DNA of 64,000 bases from Cetorhinus maximus. Its lineage: Eukaryota. Location of the stretch: assembly GCF_964194155.1 (NCBI RefSeq), contig NC_135903.1, forward strand, positions 33,976,001 to 34,040,000, in the 5' to 3' direction. A program made the translations under genes and the position numbers. Under the pieces are notes generated by a model. That model saw nothing but the letters and a program-made list of their open reading frames with translations. It was not told the origin of the DNA and did no database searches. Below are positions 1 through 11,720 of this stretch, one piece after another. The number at the start of each line of letters is the position of its first letter. Within the stretch, counting starts at the first letter, position 1.

Positions 1-850
1 GGTTGGTGGAGTGGTTGGTAAAGTGGCAGATGGATTTTAACATAGAGAAGTGTGAGCTCATACATTTAGAGAGGTCAAACAGTTACAGAGATTACACAAT
101 AAAAGGGAATATACTAAGAGGGGTAGATGAAGTGAGAGATGTTGGCGTGCAAGTACACAGGTCCCGGAAGGCAGCAGTTCAAGTAAACAAGGTTGTAAAG
201 AAGGCATATGGAATGCTCTCCTTCAATGGCAGAGGTATAGAATATACAAGTAAGGATATGATGTTGGAATTGCATAAAACACTGGTGAGACCACAACTGG
301 AGTATTGTGTGCAGTTCTCATCACCACATTACAGGAAGGACGTAATAGCTCTGGAGAGAGTGCAGAGGAGGTTTACAAGAATGTTGCCTGTGTTAGAAAT
401 GTGTAGCTATGAAGAGAGATTGAATAGGTTAAGGCTATTTTCCCTGAGAACAAAGAAGGCTGAGAGGTGACTTGATTGAGGTGTACAAAATTATGAGGGG
501 AATAGATAGATGGACAGGATAAAATTGTTTCCCTTGATGGAGAATTCTAGAACCAGGGGACATAGATTCAAGATAAGTGGCAGAAGGTGTAGGGGGGACA
601 TGAGGAAGAATTTTTTATGCAGAGGGTAGTGGGTGTCTGGAATTCACTGCCCAACTTGGTGGTGGAGGCAGAAACTTTAAACTCTTTTAAAAAGTACCTG
701 GATCTGCACCTAAAATGCTGTAAGGTGCAAGACTATGGGCCGAGTGCAGGAACGTGGGATTAGAAAGGGTACCTGGGAGTCCCTGGGCTGGCATGGACAA
801 GTTGGGCCGAATGGCCTCCTTCTGTGCTGTAACTTTTCTATGGTTCTACG
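1..850 (+). mobile_element. CR1-clade LINE 3' portion (RT C-terminus and 3' tail), degenerate
   Basis: ORF 3-470 reads WQMDFNIEKCELIH...LVRPQLEYCVQF.SPHYRKDVIALERVQRRFTRMLP, typical of the CR1 ORF2 C-terminus. It ends in a gggccgaatggcctccttctg...ttctatggttct tail. Confidence 0.9.
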
Positions 851-859
851 GATCTGGAA

Positions 860-3100
860 GTCCAGAAGTACTACAGATACAGGATCCCCATTGTCCACTT
901 TGCTTGTCACATCTTCAAAGAACTCATTACTACTTCCTTACTAATGGATTTCAACAATTTCCCAATGACAGACATTAAACTAACTGCTTTATAATTTTCT
1001 ACTTTCTGCCTCCCCCCCCCCCACCTTTTTGAATAAGGGCATTATATTAGCATTTTTCCAATCCACTGGAATCTTTCCAGAATCCAGGGAATTTTGGAAT
1101 ATTATTACCAATGCACCCACTATCTCCATTTCCACTTCCTTTAACACCCTGTGATGTAGGCCATCAGGTCCTGGGGGCTTGTCACCCTTTAATCCCAATA
1201 GTTTTCTCAGTGCTTTTTCTCGAGAGATGGTGATGGTTCTAAGGTCCTCCATTTCTATACCCTCTGCACTACTTATTATTGGGGTGGTGCTAGTGTCCTC
1301 CACCATGAAAACTGAGGCAAAATATTGATTAAGCGTCTCTGCCATTTCTGCGTTCCCCCCTATTAACTCCCCAGTCTCATCCTCCAAGGGACCAACATTC
1401 AGTTTAGCTACTCTCTTTCCTTTTATATAATTGTAGAAGCTTTTGCTATCAGTTTTTACATTTTGCGCTAGTTTTCTTTCATAATTTACCTTTGCACGTT
1501 TTTTAATCATTTTTTAGTAACGCTTTGTTGATCTTTAAAAGTTTCCCAATCTTCCAGCCTGCCACTGACCTTTGCAATTTTGTATGCCTTAGATTTTACC
1601 CTTATGTTACTTTTAACTTCCTTGCTTAGCCATGGATGCTTTTTCCCCCTCTTACCATCTTCCTTCCTCAATAGAATATATTTTCCTTGGGAGGTATTGA
1701 ATATCCCCTTAAATATCTGCCATTGTTCATCAACTGTCCTACCTTGTAGTCTTCCTGCCCCAGTCCACTAGGCCCAAAACTGCTCTCATGCCTATGTAGT
1801 TCCCTTTGTTAAACTCCAGAACACTAGTGTGGGACTCAGGTTTCTTGCTCTCAAACTGAACTTGAAATTCTAGCATGCTATGATCACTCTTCCCTAGAGG
1901 ATCCTTTACTCAGAGATCATTAATTAATCCCATCTCATTACACAAAACAAAATCCATAACAGCCTGCTGCCTGGTTGGTTCCACAACATATTGCTCCAAG
2001 GAACAATCTCTAATACACTCTATGAACTCTACCTTGAGGCTACCCTTGCCAATTTGATTAGTCCAGTCCATATGCATGTTAAAATCACCCAGGATTATTG
2101 CCGTGCCTTTCTTACATGCTCCCACTATTTCCTGGTTTATACTGTGCCCTACTGCTGAACTATTGTTTGGGGACCTATAGATTACTCCCACCAGGGACTT
2201 TTTTCCCTTGCAATTTCTTATTTCTACCCAGACTGACTCTATGTCTTGCTCTCCAGTGCCTATATCATTCCTCACTATAGTATTGATCTCTTCATTTACT
2301 AACAAATCTACACCACCTCCTTTTTGGTAACAATCAGCCCCATCACTAATCTGCACTCTTACCCTCTCCTTAAACTTTGATTGTTTATATTTCCATGCAA
2401 CTGAACCCTCCTCCCAACTATTTAGTTTAAAGCCCTATCTACAGCCCTAGTTCTGCGATTCACCAAGACACTGGTCCCAGCCTGATTCAAGCGAAGCTGA
2501 TCTGAATGAAATAGCTCCCTCTTTGCCCAGTATTGGTGCCAATGTCCCATGAATTCGAACCCATTTTTCCCACACCAATCTTTGAGCCATGCATTTATCT
2601 CCATAATCTTATTGGCCCTGTGCCAATTAGCTCGTGGCTCAGGTAGTAATCGGGAGATTGTTATCTTTTTGGTTCTGCTTTTTAATTTATCCCCCAGCTG
2701 CTCGTATTCCCTCAGCAGAACCTCTTTCCTAATTCTACCTATATCATTAGTACCTACGAGGACCACCACAACTGGATATTTCCCCTCCCACTCAAGTTCC
2801 TCTGCAACCTAGATGAGATATCCTTAACCCTGGTACCAGGTAGGCAACACAGCCTTAGGGACTCTTGATCCTGGATACAGAGAACAGTATCTATTCCCCT
2901 GCCTATACTATCACGGATTACAACTACATTTCTCTTTTCTCCCCCAACTTGAATGGCTCTCTGTACCATGGTGCTATGGGAGCTCATCCTCCCGACAGTC
3001 CCCGCTCTCGGCCACACAGGGGGCAAGAATCTAGAACCTGTTGGATAAGGGCAAGGGTTGAGGCTCCTGCAGTGCTACTTCCTGGATCCCTCTACCTGCC
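860..3100 (-). mobile_element. CR1-clade LINE fragment: ORF1 esterase-like domain, APE endonuclease and start of RT, frameshifted
   Basis: Minus-strand ORFs: VVLVGTNDIGR (SGNH esterase-like, 2422-2769), ESVWVEIRN..VGVIYRSPN..IILGDFN (APE, 1910-2356) and LNQYFASVF...KPPGPDGLH.RVLKE...DWKNANIMPLFKK (989-1510). Confidence 0.88.
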
Positions 3101-3399
3101 TCACCCATACTTGGGCTCAAGTCTTGGGCTCAGAACTATGTCCTCATTCCTTCACTGTTACTGGCTAAAACTCCTGGAAACACCCCTGTACATTTAGCTA
3201 CACCACATGGTCGGCAGTGGTTCAAGGAGAGGGTTCTTCACCACCTTCTGAGGGGTAATTAGGGAGGAGAAACAAATTCTGGCCTTGCCAGTGACGCCCA
3301 CATCCGATCAGGGAATAAATGAAGCCGAATACTTCAAAAGTACCTGTGAATGAGCCTAATATTTTTGTATGGTAAAGATGGACACGCTCCTGTAGGTCC

Positions 3400-4434
3400 G
3401 TCCTTTTCCAACTGCCCATCACCCCTCTCAGTCTGATCCACCCTCTTTACAAACTCTCCTCCCTTTCGGAAATGACAAAACACGTCACTTTCCTTCAGAC
3501 ACTTTCGCTTTGGGATGAAATTGACACCAGGTTAATTTGCAGAGAGAAAGTGACACGGACACTTTCCCGGGAGAGAGACAAGAAAGAAAGGATGAAAGAA
3601 AAGAGAGCGGGATCACTTTCGGACTCAGAATCGGAGCAGATCAAATATTCTTTCAATCCGACTCTGAAAATGGCTCCAGAAAACAACCGAGAAATGAGAA
3701 ACTTCTCCCAGTTAAAGAGCAGATTGTGGGACAGGTCAATCGGAGCGGAGTCTGTCTCCATGAAGCGGTGTCCCTGGGCTGTGAGCCGAGCTGTCTGCAA
3801 TGTCCAACCTGTGAAGTGTGAACAGGACAAGCGCCAGGTGAACACACCGCGGGGACACAGTGGATTTCAAAGGGAATCGCTCTTCATGGGGCCCAATGTC
3901 AGCACTAAAAGCCGCCGCACCGGATCACCGCTGTCGCTCTCTCTATAATCCGGATGATAAAATCCAGCCCCCGATACATGTTCACACTGCCCCCAATTCA
4001 GAGCCTCCCTCTACACCACCTTCGTACCCCAGGTGAGCTGAAGCCACACAACACTGAGCCCGAACCGAGCGCTGCCTGTGATTTTCAACCGGGGATTTTC
4101 CACTCGCTGCTTCCGGAATCTCCAGCTTTTACATTCCTGACCTCAGAAAGGAAACCGGACAAACTATTGATCTCCCGCAGCTCTTCCAAAAATCCTCGAG
4201 CCCGTTTTCACTTTTCGAATGTAATGCCACACATTAAAGCCGACAGCATGGCAGCGCCAGTGAGAGCACCGAGCAGACTCCACACTCACACTCACACTGT
4301 TCGGCAGCACAGGCGCTCGCTCCCGGATCACAAGCAGCTCCGATTCGACTTTCCCAGTTTAAATCCGCCGCGGAATCAAGAAGCCGCCGGTTTCTCATCT
4401 TTCACATCGGTGTTTCACTCTGGGTCGCTTGATC
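3400..4434 (+). promoter_or_regulatory. IFN promoter type A, copy 1 (CpG-rich, IRF/NF-kB motifs)
   Basis: Contains GGGATTTTCC (kB consensus, 4092-4101), GAAAGGAAAC (4146-4155), GTTTTCACTTTTC (reverse strand GAAAAGTGAAAAC, an IRF-E, 4204-4216), a distal GAAA cluster at 3470-3710, TATAAT at 3944 and TTTAAA at 4358. It lies directly upstream of the IFN ATG and occurs six times in the window. Confidence 0.7.
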
Positions 4435-7400
4435 ATGGCTTTGGCGAGTATCTGGAGATTCTGGATGGTGTTGCTCTTCTTGTCCGGGACCCTCAGTCTG
4501 GGATGTGAGAGGCTGCAATTACAGCAAGTTCTCAACACAGAGACTCTCAGCAAACTGAATGCAATGGTGAGTTGAACCTGCAGCCAGAGCAGGAGGTGAA
4601 TCACATTGCGTCCATTTGTTTTGAAAAATTATATCAGGAGAAGTCGTTTTCGTCCTTGCAACGGTTAATTGTCAGCGGACTGCAGTATTTCTGTTTCTCA
4701 TGTGTTTGAAACAGTGTTTGTCTTTTCTCTCAGGGCGGTCGCTTCCCCCGACAATGTATAAGGGAAAGGTTGGACCTGAAAACCAAGCCCATGGATCTAG
4801 TGAGGCTTTCGGAGGGTTTGCAGGTGAGTGAACACTGGGGCTTATTTTCACTTATACTAACAGAATTTTATGTAAAACCAGGTTGAGATCCACAGCCCTC
4901 GCCCAGAACGTACATAGCAGGTCGCCCACTGATGTGAAGATGTCGGTAGAGATAAGAGTCAGGTCCTGCTTAGAGTCAGGGTTGATTACGTGCTGCGCAG
5001 TTTAAGATCCCTGGAGGGATGTCCACATGTCAGATCCACATCCCTGAAAAACTCAGCAGGTTTGGCAGCATCGGCGGAGAAGAAAAGAGTTGACGTTTCG
5101 AGTCCTCATGACCCTTCGGCAGAACTGAGTAAAGTTAGGAGAGGGGTGAAATATAAACTGGTATAAGGTGGGGGGTGGGGGCGGGGGAGAGAAGTTGGTG
5201 CGATGCGGGGGGTGGGGGGAGTGGTTGTAGGGACAAGCAAGCAGTGATAGGAGCAGATAATCAAAAGATGTCACAGACAAAAGGATCAAAGGGGTGTTAA
5301 AGGTGGTGATATTACCTAAGAAAATGTGCTAATTAAGAATGGATGGCAGGACACTCAAGGTACAGCTCTAGTGGGGCTGGGGTGGAAAGACTGACGACAG
5401 GGTATTACAGTTATAGATTTAAAAATAATGGAAATAGGTGGGAAAAGAAAAATCTATATAAATTATTGGACCAAAACAAAAGGGAGGGGGATGAAACGGG
5501 AAGGGGGTGGGGATGGGGGAGGGAGTTTAAGATCTAAAGTTTTGAATTCAATATTCAGCCCGGAAGGCTGTAAAGTGCCTAGTCGGAAGATGAGGTGCTG
5601 TTCCTCCAGTTTGCGTTGGGCTTCACTGGAACAATGCAGCAAGCCAAGGACAGATATGTGGGCAAGAGAGCAGGGTGGAGTGTTAAAATGGCAAGCGACA
5701 GGGAGGTTTGGGTCTTTCTTGCGGACAGACCGCAAGTGTTCTGCAAAGCAGTCACCCAGTTTGCATTTGGTCTCTCCAATGTAGAGGAGACTGCATTGGG
5801 AGCAACGAATGCAGTGGACTAAATTAGGGGAAATGCAATTGAAATGCTGCTTCACTTGGAAGGAATGTTTGGGCCCTTGGACGGTGAGGAAAGAGGAAGT
5901 GAAGGGGCAGGTGTTGCATCTTCTGCGTGGGCATGGGGAAGTGCCATAGGTGGGGGGTGAGGAGTAGGGGGTGATGGAGGAGTGGACCAGGGTGTCCCGG
6001 AGGGAACGATCCCTACGGAATGCCGCCAGGGGGGGTGAAGGGAAGATGTGTTTGGTGGTGGCATCATGCTGGAGTTGGCAGAAATGGCGGAGGATGATCC
6101 TTTGAATGCGGAGGCTGGTGGGGTGATAAGTGAGGACAAGGGGGACCCTATCATGTTTCTGGGAGGGAGGAGAAGGCATGAGGGTGGATGCACGGGAGAT
6201 GGGCCGGACACGGTTGAGGGCCCTGTCAACGACCGTGGGTGGAAAACCTCGGTTAAGGAAGAAGGAGGACATGTCAGAGGAGCTGTTTTTGAAGGTAGCA
6301 TCATCAGAACAGATGTGACGGAGGCAAAGGAACTGAGAGAATGGGATGGAGTCCTTACAGGAAGTGGGGTGTGAGGATCTGTAGTCGAGGTAGCTGTGGG
6401 AGTCAGTAGGCTTGTAATGGATATTGGTGGACAGTCTATCATCAGAAATTGAGACAGAGAGGTCAAGGAAGGGAAGGGAAGTGTCAGAGATGGACCATAT
6501 GAAAATGATGGCCGTTAGCTTAGTTGGTTAGTCGAGAATAACGCCACCAGAGCGGGTTCAATTCCTTTCCCACTGAGGTAGATTTTGAGACCTGCCGCTT
6601 TGCCCTGCACCTGACATTGGGAGAAAATGGCAAACCACCACCGACAAATGAAAAACTGCCCAGAAATCAGTTCAGGATGAAGAATCAACAGATAACAAGC
6701 CAAGGACATGCCTTCTGGCACAGCGCACCTCCCGCTGGCAGGGATACAATCAACTAATTGGCAGTCAATTAAATATTGAGAAGTCCAAAGACATTCTTTT
6801 CAACTACCGCCATTAACTCTGTTCCCTAGTTACTGACTTCAAAGCTCTACCGAACCAATGTCTGATACTGACTCAGAATATTGGCCTTCTATTTAACCCA
6901 CAGCTGAGCTTCCAACACCATCAGCAAGCTAACCTATTTCAACCTTCGTAATATCACCCATCTCTGCACTTGCCTCAGCTCATCTGATCCTGAAACTTTG
7001 ATCCATGTATTTCTTCCCCTAGACTCCATTATTCTAATACTCTTCAGGCTGACCTCCAACCTTGCGCCCTCTATAAACTCGAACTCACTCAATTAACTGC
7101 TGCAATATATCTAAACTCTAATATATCTAAATATCCCAACGAGCACAATGTCCTAATCAGCCATCACCTCAGTATTCTGAGATCTATTCTGAGGCAATGT
7201 AAGATCAAAAGGCAGCTGTAAGCCTCCAACTGGCTCCACAGTGGAAAGAACCTCATTTTGAATTCGTAAGATGAAAATGCTTTGCCTGATGTTTGGTTAA
7301 ATCTGTGCGTTTCTGGTGCCTTAATGGAGATTAGTTTGGGAATCTGTTTAAAATTATGATGGTAGTAATTTGTAGCCATGTGTGCATATTTTAACCTGTG

Positions 7401-8734
7401 TAAATGAATAAAATATTTCAATTAGTTTCATGTAAAACCTCAAGAACTGGTGGTCTGATTCCTGAATTTAGAGTTGTATCTCAAACATAACACTTAAAAT
7501 GATAGGTTATTACAGTTGTTTAAAGTTTTCCTCAGGGACTTTTAAATAACTCAGCTGCACCAACTGCATCGCCCCAGCTTCCAAACCAGCAACATCTCTT
7601 TTTTTATATACTCATGCTGGTTTTGCCCCTTGCATTTTTTGTAACTTCCTCCAGGCCCCAACAACCCTTCCAGATCTCTGTGTTACATCCAATGTTCTCA
7701 TCATGCTCATTCCAGATGTTCATTGCTCCATCACTGTGTAGCTGTGCCTTCATCTGTCTGGCCCTTAAGCTCTGGAATTAACTCCTTCCTAACTCTCTCT
7801 CCTCTGTAATTGCCTCCTAAAAGCCTAACTCTGAGCAAACATTCCACCTCCTTTTGTGGCTGGGTGTAAATTTTCTTTGATAATGCCCCTGTGAACCTTC
7901 TTGAGGTTTTTCACTATGTTAAATGTCCTACATAAATGCAAGTTGTTATTGTTGGTATCATGGGACCAATTGGAACTGTACATAGACTGGTCTAAATGGG
8001 GTGTGAGGTCACCATCAGCAGAGAGTCTCAAAGTGTTTGGCCAGGTGATAGATCTTCAGTGCCAGTTGGACTGTAGAGTTTGCATCAGTACTAGCCTGTA
8101 CCACCTAGTAACTACATTTCAGGGAATATAATAATCAGTTAAATAGAGGCAGCAACTTTATTGATGTGATGTAATTAGTCACTTTCTCCTGAGCAACAGC
8201 AAGGATTAACTGTGAAATTTGCACCAGCCCTGACTGGTTACACAGGAACAGGTCCTCTCTAATGTCCTTGTGAATATTTCTCACAGGCCCAGGACAGGAT
8301 CCAGATTGTCCATCAAACCCTGCGTCACATCAGCAAGATCTACAGCATGAACCTGGGCTCAGTCACGTGGCCCCGAGACAAGGTGGAAAACGTCCGGCTT
8401 CTCCTGGATCGGCAGCTCAGCGAGCTGGAAGAATGTGTCAGGGAACCAGGGTCAGAGCACAAGATGAGGAGAAACTCCGCCATTCAAAAATACTTCAGGA
8501 AACTTCGAAAGTTTCTCAAACAGAAGGTGAGACAATAAATAATTGACAGTGTGATTACTGCCATGTCGTTCATTCAGCTGCATTTAAATCTGTTCATTCT
8601 CTAATGAGGTTTCCTGAATGATTTCTCTTTTTCAGGGATTCAGTGACTGTGCCTGGGAAATAATCCGCACTGAGACCAGGACCCGTTTACAACAGCTCCT
8701 TTTCGTAACGGCACAAATCAACAGAAGAAACTGA
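4435..8734 (+). CDS. IFN: Type I interferon, copy 1 (divergent; 4 exons, 186 aa)
   Basis: Exons 4435-4566, 4734-4823, 8287-8526 and 8636-8734, all GT-AG phase 0. Translation: MALASIWRFWMVLLFLSGTLSLG/CERLQLQQVLNTETLSKLNAM-GGRFPRQCIRERLDLKTKPMDLVRLSEGLQ-AQDRIQIVHQTLRHISKIYSMNLGSVTW...ELEECV...KYFRKLRKFLKQK-GFSDCAWEIIRTETRTRLQQLLFVTAQINRRN*. It has a signal peptide, 4 Cys and the CAWE motif. Confidence 0.95.
5040..6510 (-). mobile_element. Penelope-like retroelement 3' part (RT thumb and GIY-YIG endonuclease) in intron 2 of copy 1
   Basis: ORF 5463-6272 contains VPLVLTYHP, a Cys knuckle CPRRRCNTC and VHCIRCSQCSLLYIGETKCKLGDCFAEHL (GIY-YIG). The flank carries a gaagggtc...cgaaacgtcaac-type terminal motif. 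Confidence 0.88.
6510..6730 (+). mobile_element. tRNA-derived SINE-like fragment
   Basis: A-box-like TAGCTTAGTTGG and B-box-like GGTTCAATTCC at 6516-6565, with no complete cloverleaf. Confidence 0.5.
6830..7950 (+). mobile_element. Degenerate L2/CR1-type LINE 3' fragment, interrupted at about 7230-7570
   Basis: Decayed sequence resembling L2 RT C-terminal motifs (NLRNIT.L...LSSSD.ETLIH.F...RL.YSN.L.A.L), ending in an aaatgcaagttgttattgttg-type tail. Confidence 0.5.
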
Positions 8735-9840
8735 AAAAAAATTCCAGTAGTAGAGACTAAATTAATTTATTTAAATTACCTCCTATTTATAAAAATAATT
8801 ATATCTTATTGTATTTTATTGTATTGCTGAGATGACACTTTGATGCTTGGTGGCCGATGGAGAGCAAAGAATATCTTGATGCCACTTTATATTTGATTAT
8901 TTGTTTCAATTTATTGATAGTTCTCGCTCTGATATTTTTCTGTGTTGAAATGTTAAATGTTTCACGAGGGGAAAAATCTGAGGAAAAATGCTATTTCTGT
9001 CCCTCCCTTTATTGGCTGGCAGTGGCTGCAATAACAGTTTCATTTCACCTTTGCTCTGTTAAGCACCTGATTCCAGTCGTTGGATATCCAGCGTAGATTC
9101 TCTGAACTGGCCCACGTAGCTTGCTCCTAATGCTCCTTATCTTATCTGCATTGAGTTAAACTGAATGCCATGATGCCTTTCTGCAATAGATGTTACGGTT
9201 TTTAAGGTGTAAAATCAAAAATGAAAAGAAGGAACTGAAGATTTTTCAATGACAAGTTTTATACAGATTGAAAAGATAATAAGTTATTTTAGAGTCCTCA
9301 CTTTTTAAAGAAGTATAATATTTTATGCATACAGAATGCAAAGTATCATTAATTATAAAGTTCTGTCAGCTTGGCTCAATGCTGGCACTCTGAGGCAGAA
9401 AGTGGTAGGTTCAAACCCCACTCCAAAGGTTTAATTTCCATTGAGTTTTATGAAGCTCCTTATCCAACTGCTGGACTTCCAGTGACAATTCTGCACTGGA
9501 AATGGTCTGGCCATTCCACAACTCTGGTTTCCAGGTTACTCTCAGGCTCAAGGGTGGGGTTGCAGCCCAATGACCACTGACCTTATTCCTGTTCCACAGT
9601 AACCTTTACATTTCTGCTCTCCAAGACGTCAACACTGCAACTAATTCCACGTCATTTTAATGTATTGATATTTATCATTGTGATGCCTTTGTGTAATGAA
9701 TTGCTACAGTTTTATACAATGTATGAAGTGAGTTCAAAAAGAAATGTTAATTTATTGATATTTAAGATTTGCGAAATTAGTGTTTTTTTTATAAAACTGA
9801 AAACTTTTTATGTTGAAGGAAAGCATGTTTGTAATAGCTC

Positions 9841-10420
9841 AAATCAGCAGAAGAAACTGAAAAAGACATGTTTACTACAGGCTGGGAGCAATGAATATTT
9901 ATTTTTAAAAACTTTCAATTTAAAGCTATTTCCATATATATTTGTAACAAATTTTATATTTTATTGTACTGATCACAGAACAATCAGTGACATGATGGTA
10001 TTATTTATTTTATTTATTGATTGATATTTATTGCTGTGACATTTTCACCTGATGTAATCCTAAACCTTCAGTGGCTGGGGTGTCTGCTCTGGAATTTACT
10101 GTCAGGCTTTCAAGATATGGGTTTGCAGACCTATAAACCCTGGGCTGCACTGACCTTTCCATTTCTCCCTTCCTAAGTTAAGTGGCCAACTTTCCAATCT
10201 ATTTCAGCCACTGTAATTTATTGATCTTTATTGTTGTGATGTCTTCATATAATGAAATATTACAGTGTTATACAATGTATAACGTGAGTTTTTCACAATA
10301 ACTTATTTAATGATATTTATTAAGATTTGGGGAACACACAATGTTTTTTGTAACTGGAAAATTGTATATACAATGAGAGCCTTTTCCTGTAAATAAATTA
10401 TTTTCAATATTACGCATTAA
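9841..10420 (+). pseudogene. Remnant of an additional IFN gene: last codons of exon 4 plus the array-type AU-rich 3' UTR
   Basis: AAATCAGCAGAAGAAACTGA (..ISRRN*) at 9841-9860, followed by the same 3' UTR found after copies 2-8. The rest of the gene is absent. Confidence 0.8.
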
Positions 10421-10924
10421 CTGAAATGACGTTCGTTTGTCAGTTCTGTGGATTGGTTTTCCATACTCTGTATAAATGCTCTGGGTTCTCTTACCTGCTG
10501 CCTCTTCCTGTCAGTCCTTCTCTGTTCTCCTCTCCTTTCTCCACAATTGGATTTTCCCTCACCCGTTGGAACTGTGACCACATTGTGAACCAAACAGGCC
10601 TGATTTATCATCTTTTAACCCTCTGCTTCTCAAGGCCATATTCCAGCTCCAAATGAGAGAGGACTGAACGTTATGTTCAGGACAGACAAGTGGAAAATGG
10701 AGGCAATAATTGGAAATGGACAGATGGAAAAATGGAATAGTTGGATGTAGGAGATGACTGGAGTGTCAGCCATAGTGAAGATATGGGGACAACAGACAAT
10801 GGGGTTAAAAGTGACATCAGGCAATGAGTAGGAAGGAGATGACTGGAGAGTGGGGATGAAAATCTCTTATTTCGCATTGTGGTTTGCACCTTCTGAAAAT
10901 CTGCATGTTAAACACTGTCTGCAT

Positions 10925-11720
10925 TACATAAGAACAGAAAAAAAATAGAAGGATTAGGCCATTTGGCCACTCAAGCCTGCTCCACCATTCAATAATATTC
11001 TGACTGATTTGATTGTGGCCTGAAATTCACTTCCCTGCCTTCCACCCATAACATTTGACTCCTTTGTTGATCAAATTCTATATAACTCAGTTTTGGATAT
11101 ATTCAGTAACCCAACCTCTACTGTTCTCTGGGGTGAAGAAATTCAAAGGTTAATGACACTCGGCACAAAAGAAATCCTCCTCATCTCCATGTCACATGCA
11201 GTTGCCGTACTCTGAAACTGTGAACCTGAATCCCCCTCCCGCCCTCACCCCATTCCAGATTCCTCCAGAGAGGAAATATCTCAATACCTACCCGTTCAAA
11301 TCTCCTCACAATCTTAAATGATTCAATGACATCACCTCTCATTCTTCAAAACTCGAAGGAGTATAGGCTCAACCTGGTTAAGATTGCTTCATAAACCAAC
11401 TTCTCTTTCCAGGAATCAACCTGGTGAACCCTCTCTGAAGTGTCTCCAATGCAAGTTAATCGCTGCTTAAATAAGGAGACCAAAGCTGTACATAGTACTC
11501 CAGGCCTGGTCTCACAAATGGCCTGTAGAGTTGAAGCAAAACTTCCCTAATTGTATTCTTCATCCTCTTTGCAATAAAGGACAACATACCATTTACCTTT
11601 CCAATTAATTGCTCTACCTGTTTGCTAAATTTTCATTGCTCAGGTCCAAGGACACCCAGGTCCCTCTGCACTGAAAGATTCTGTGTTCTTTCTCCATTTA
11701 AACAACATTCTGACTTTCTG
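10925..11720 (-). mobile_element. CR1 LINE 3' fragment in the intergenic spacer, repeated in every unit (about 20365-21125, 27915-28670, 31720-32490, 38360-39110, 42125-42890, 51860-52610, 62490-63260)
   Basis: Paralogous minus-strand ORFs read QRDLGVL...LLQLYRPFVRPDLEYYVQ.WSPYL. Confidence 0.8.

Noticed and set aside
3472-3948. 158-aa ORF (MTKHVTFLQ...) and the overlapping 116-aa antisense ORF, conserved six times
   Set aside because: They lie in promoter A, their K/E/R content comes from GAAA motifs, and there is no recognisable domain. Conservation is explained by recent duplication or conversion.
3954-4508. 184/165-aa ORF (MIKSSPRY...)
   Set aside because: It overlaps IFN exon 1 out of frame, and its C-terminus is frameshifted by the 19-nt indel among copies.
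6510-6580. Possible tRNA gene
   Set aside because: Only A/B-box-like motifs are present, with no convincing cloverleaf, so it is better explained as a SINE head.
8347-8538. ORF-track peptides MNLGS... as standalone small genes
   Set aside because: They are internal parts of IFN exon 3 read into intron 3.
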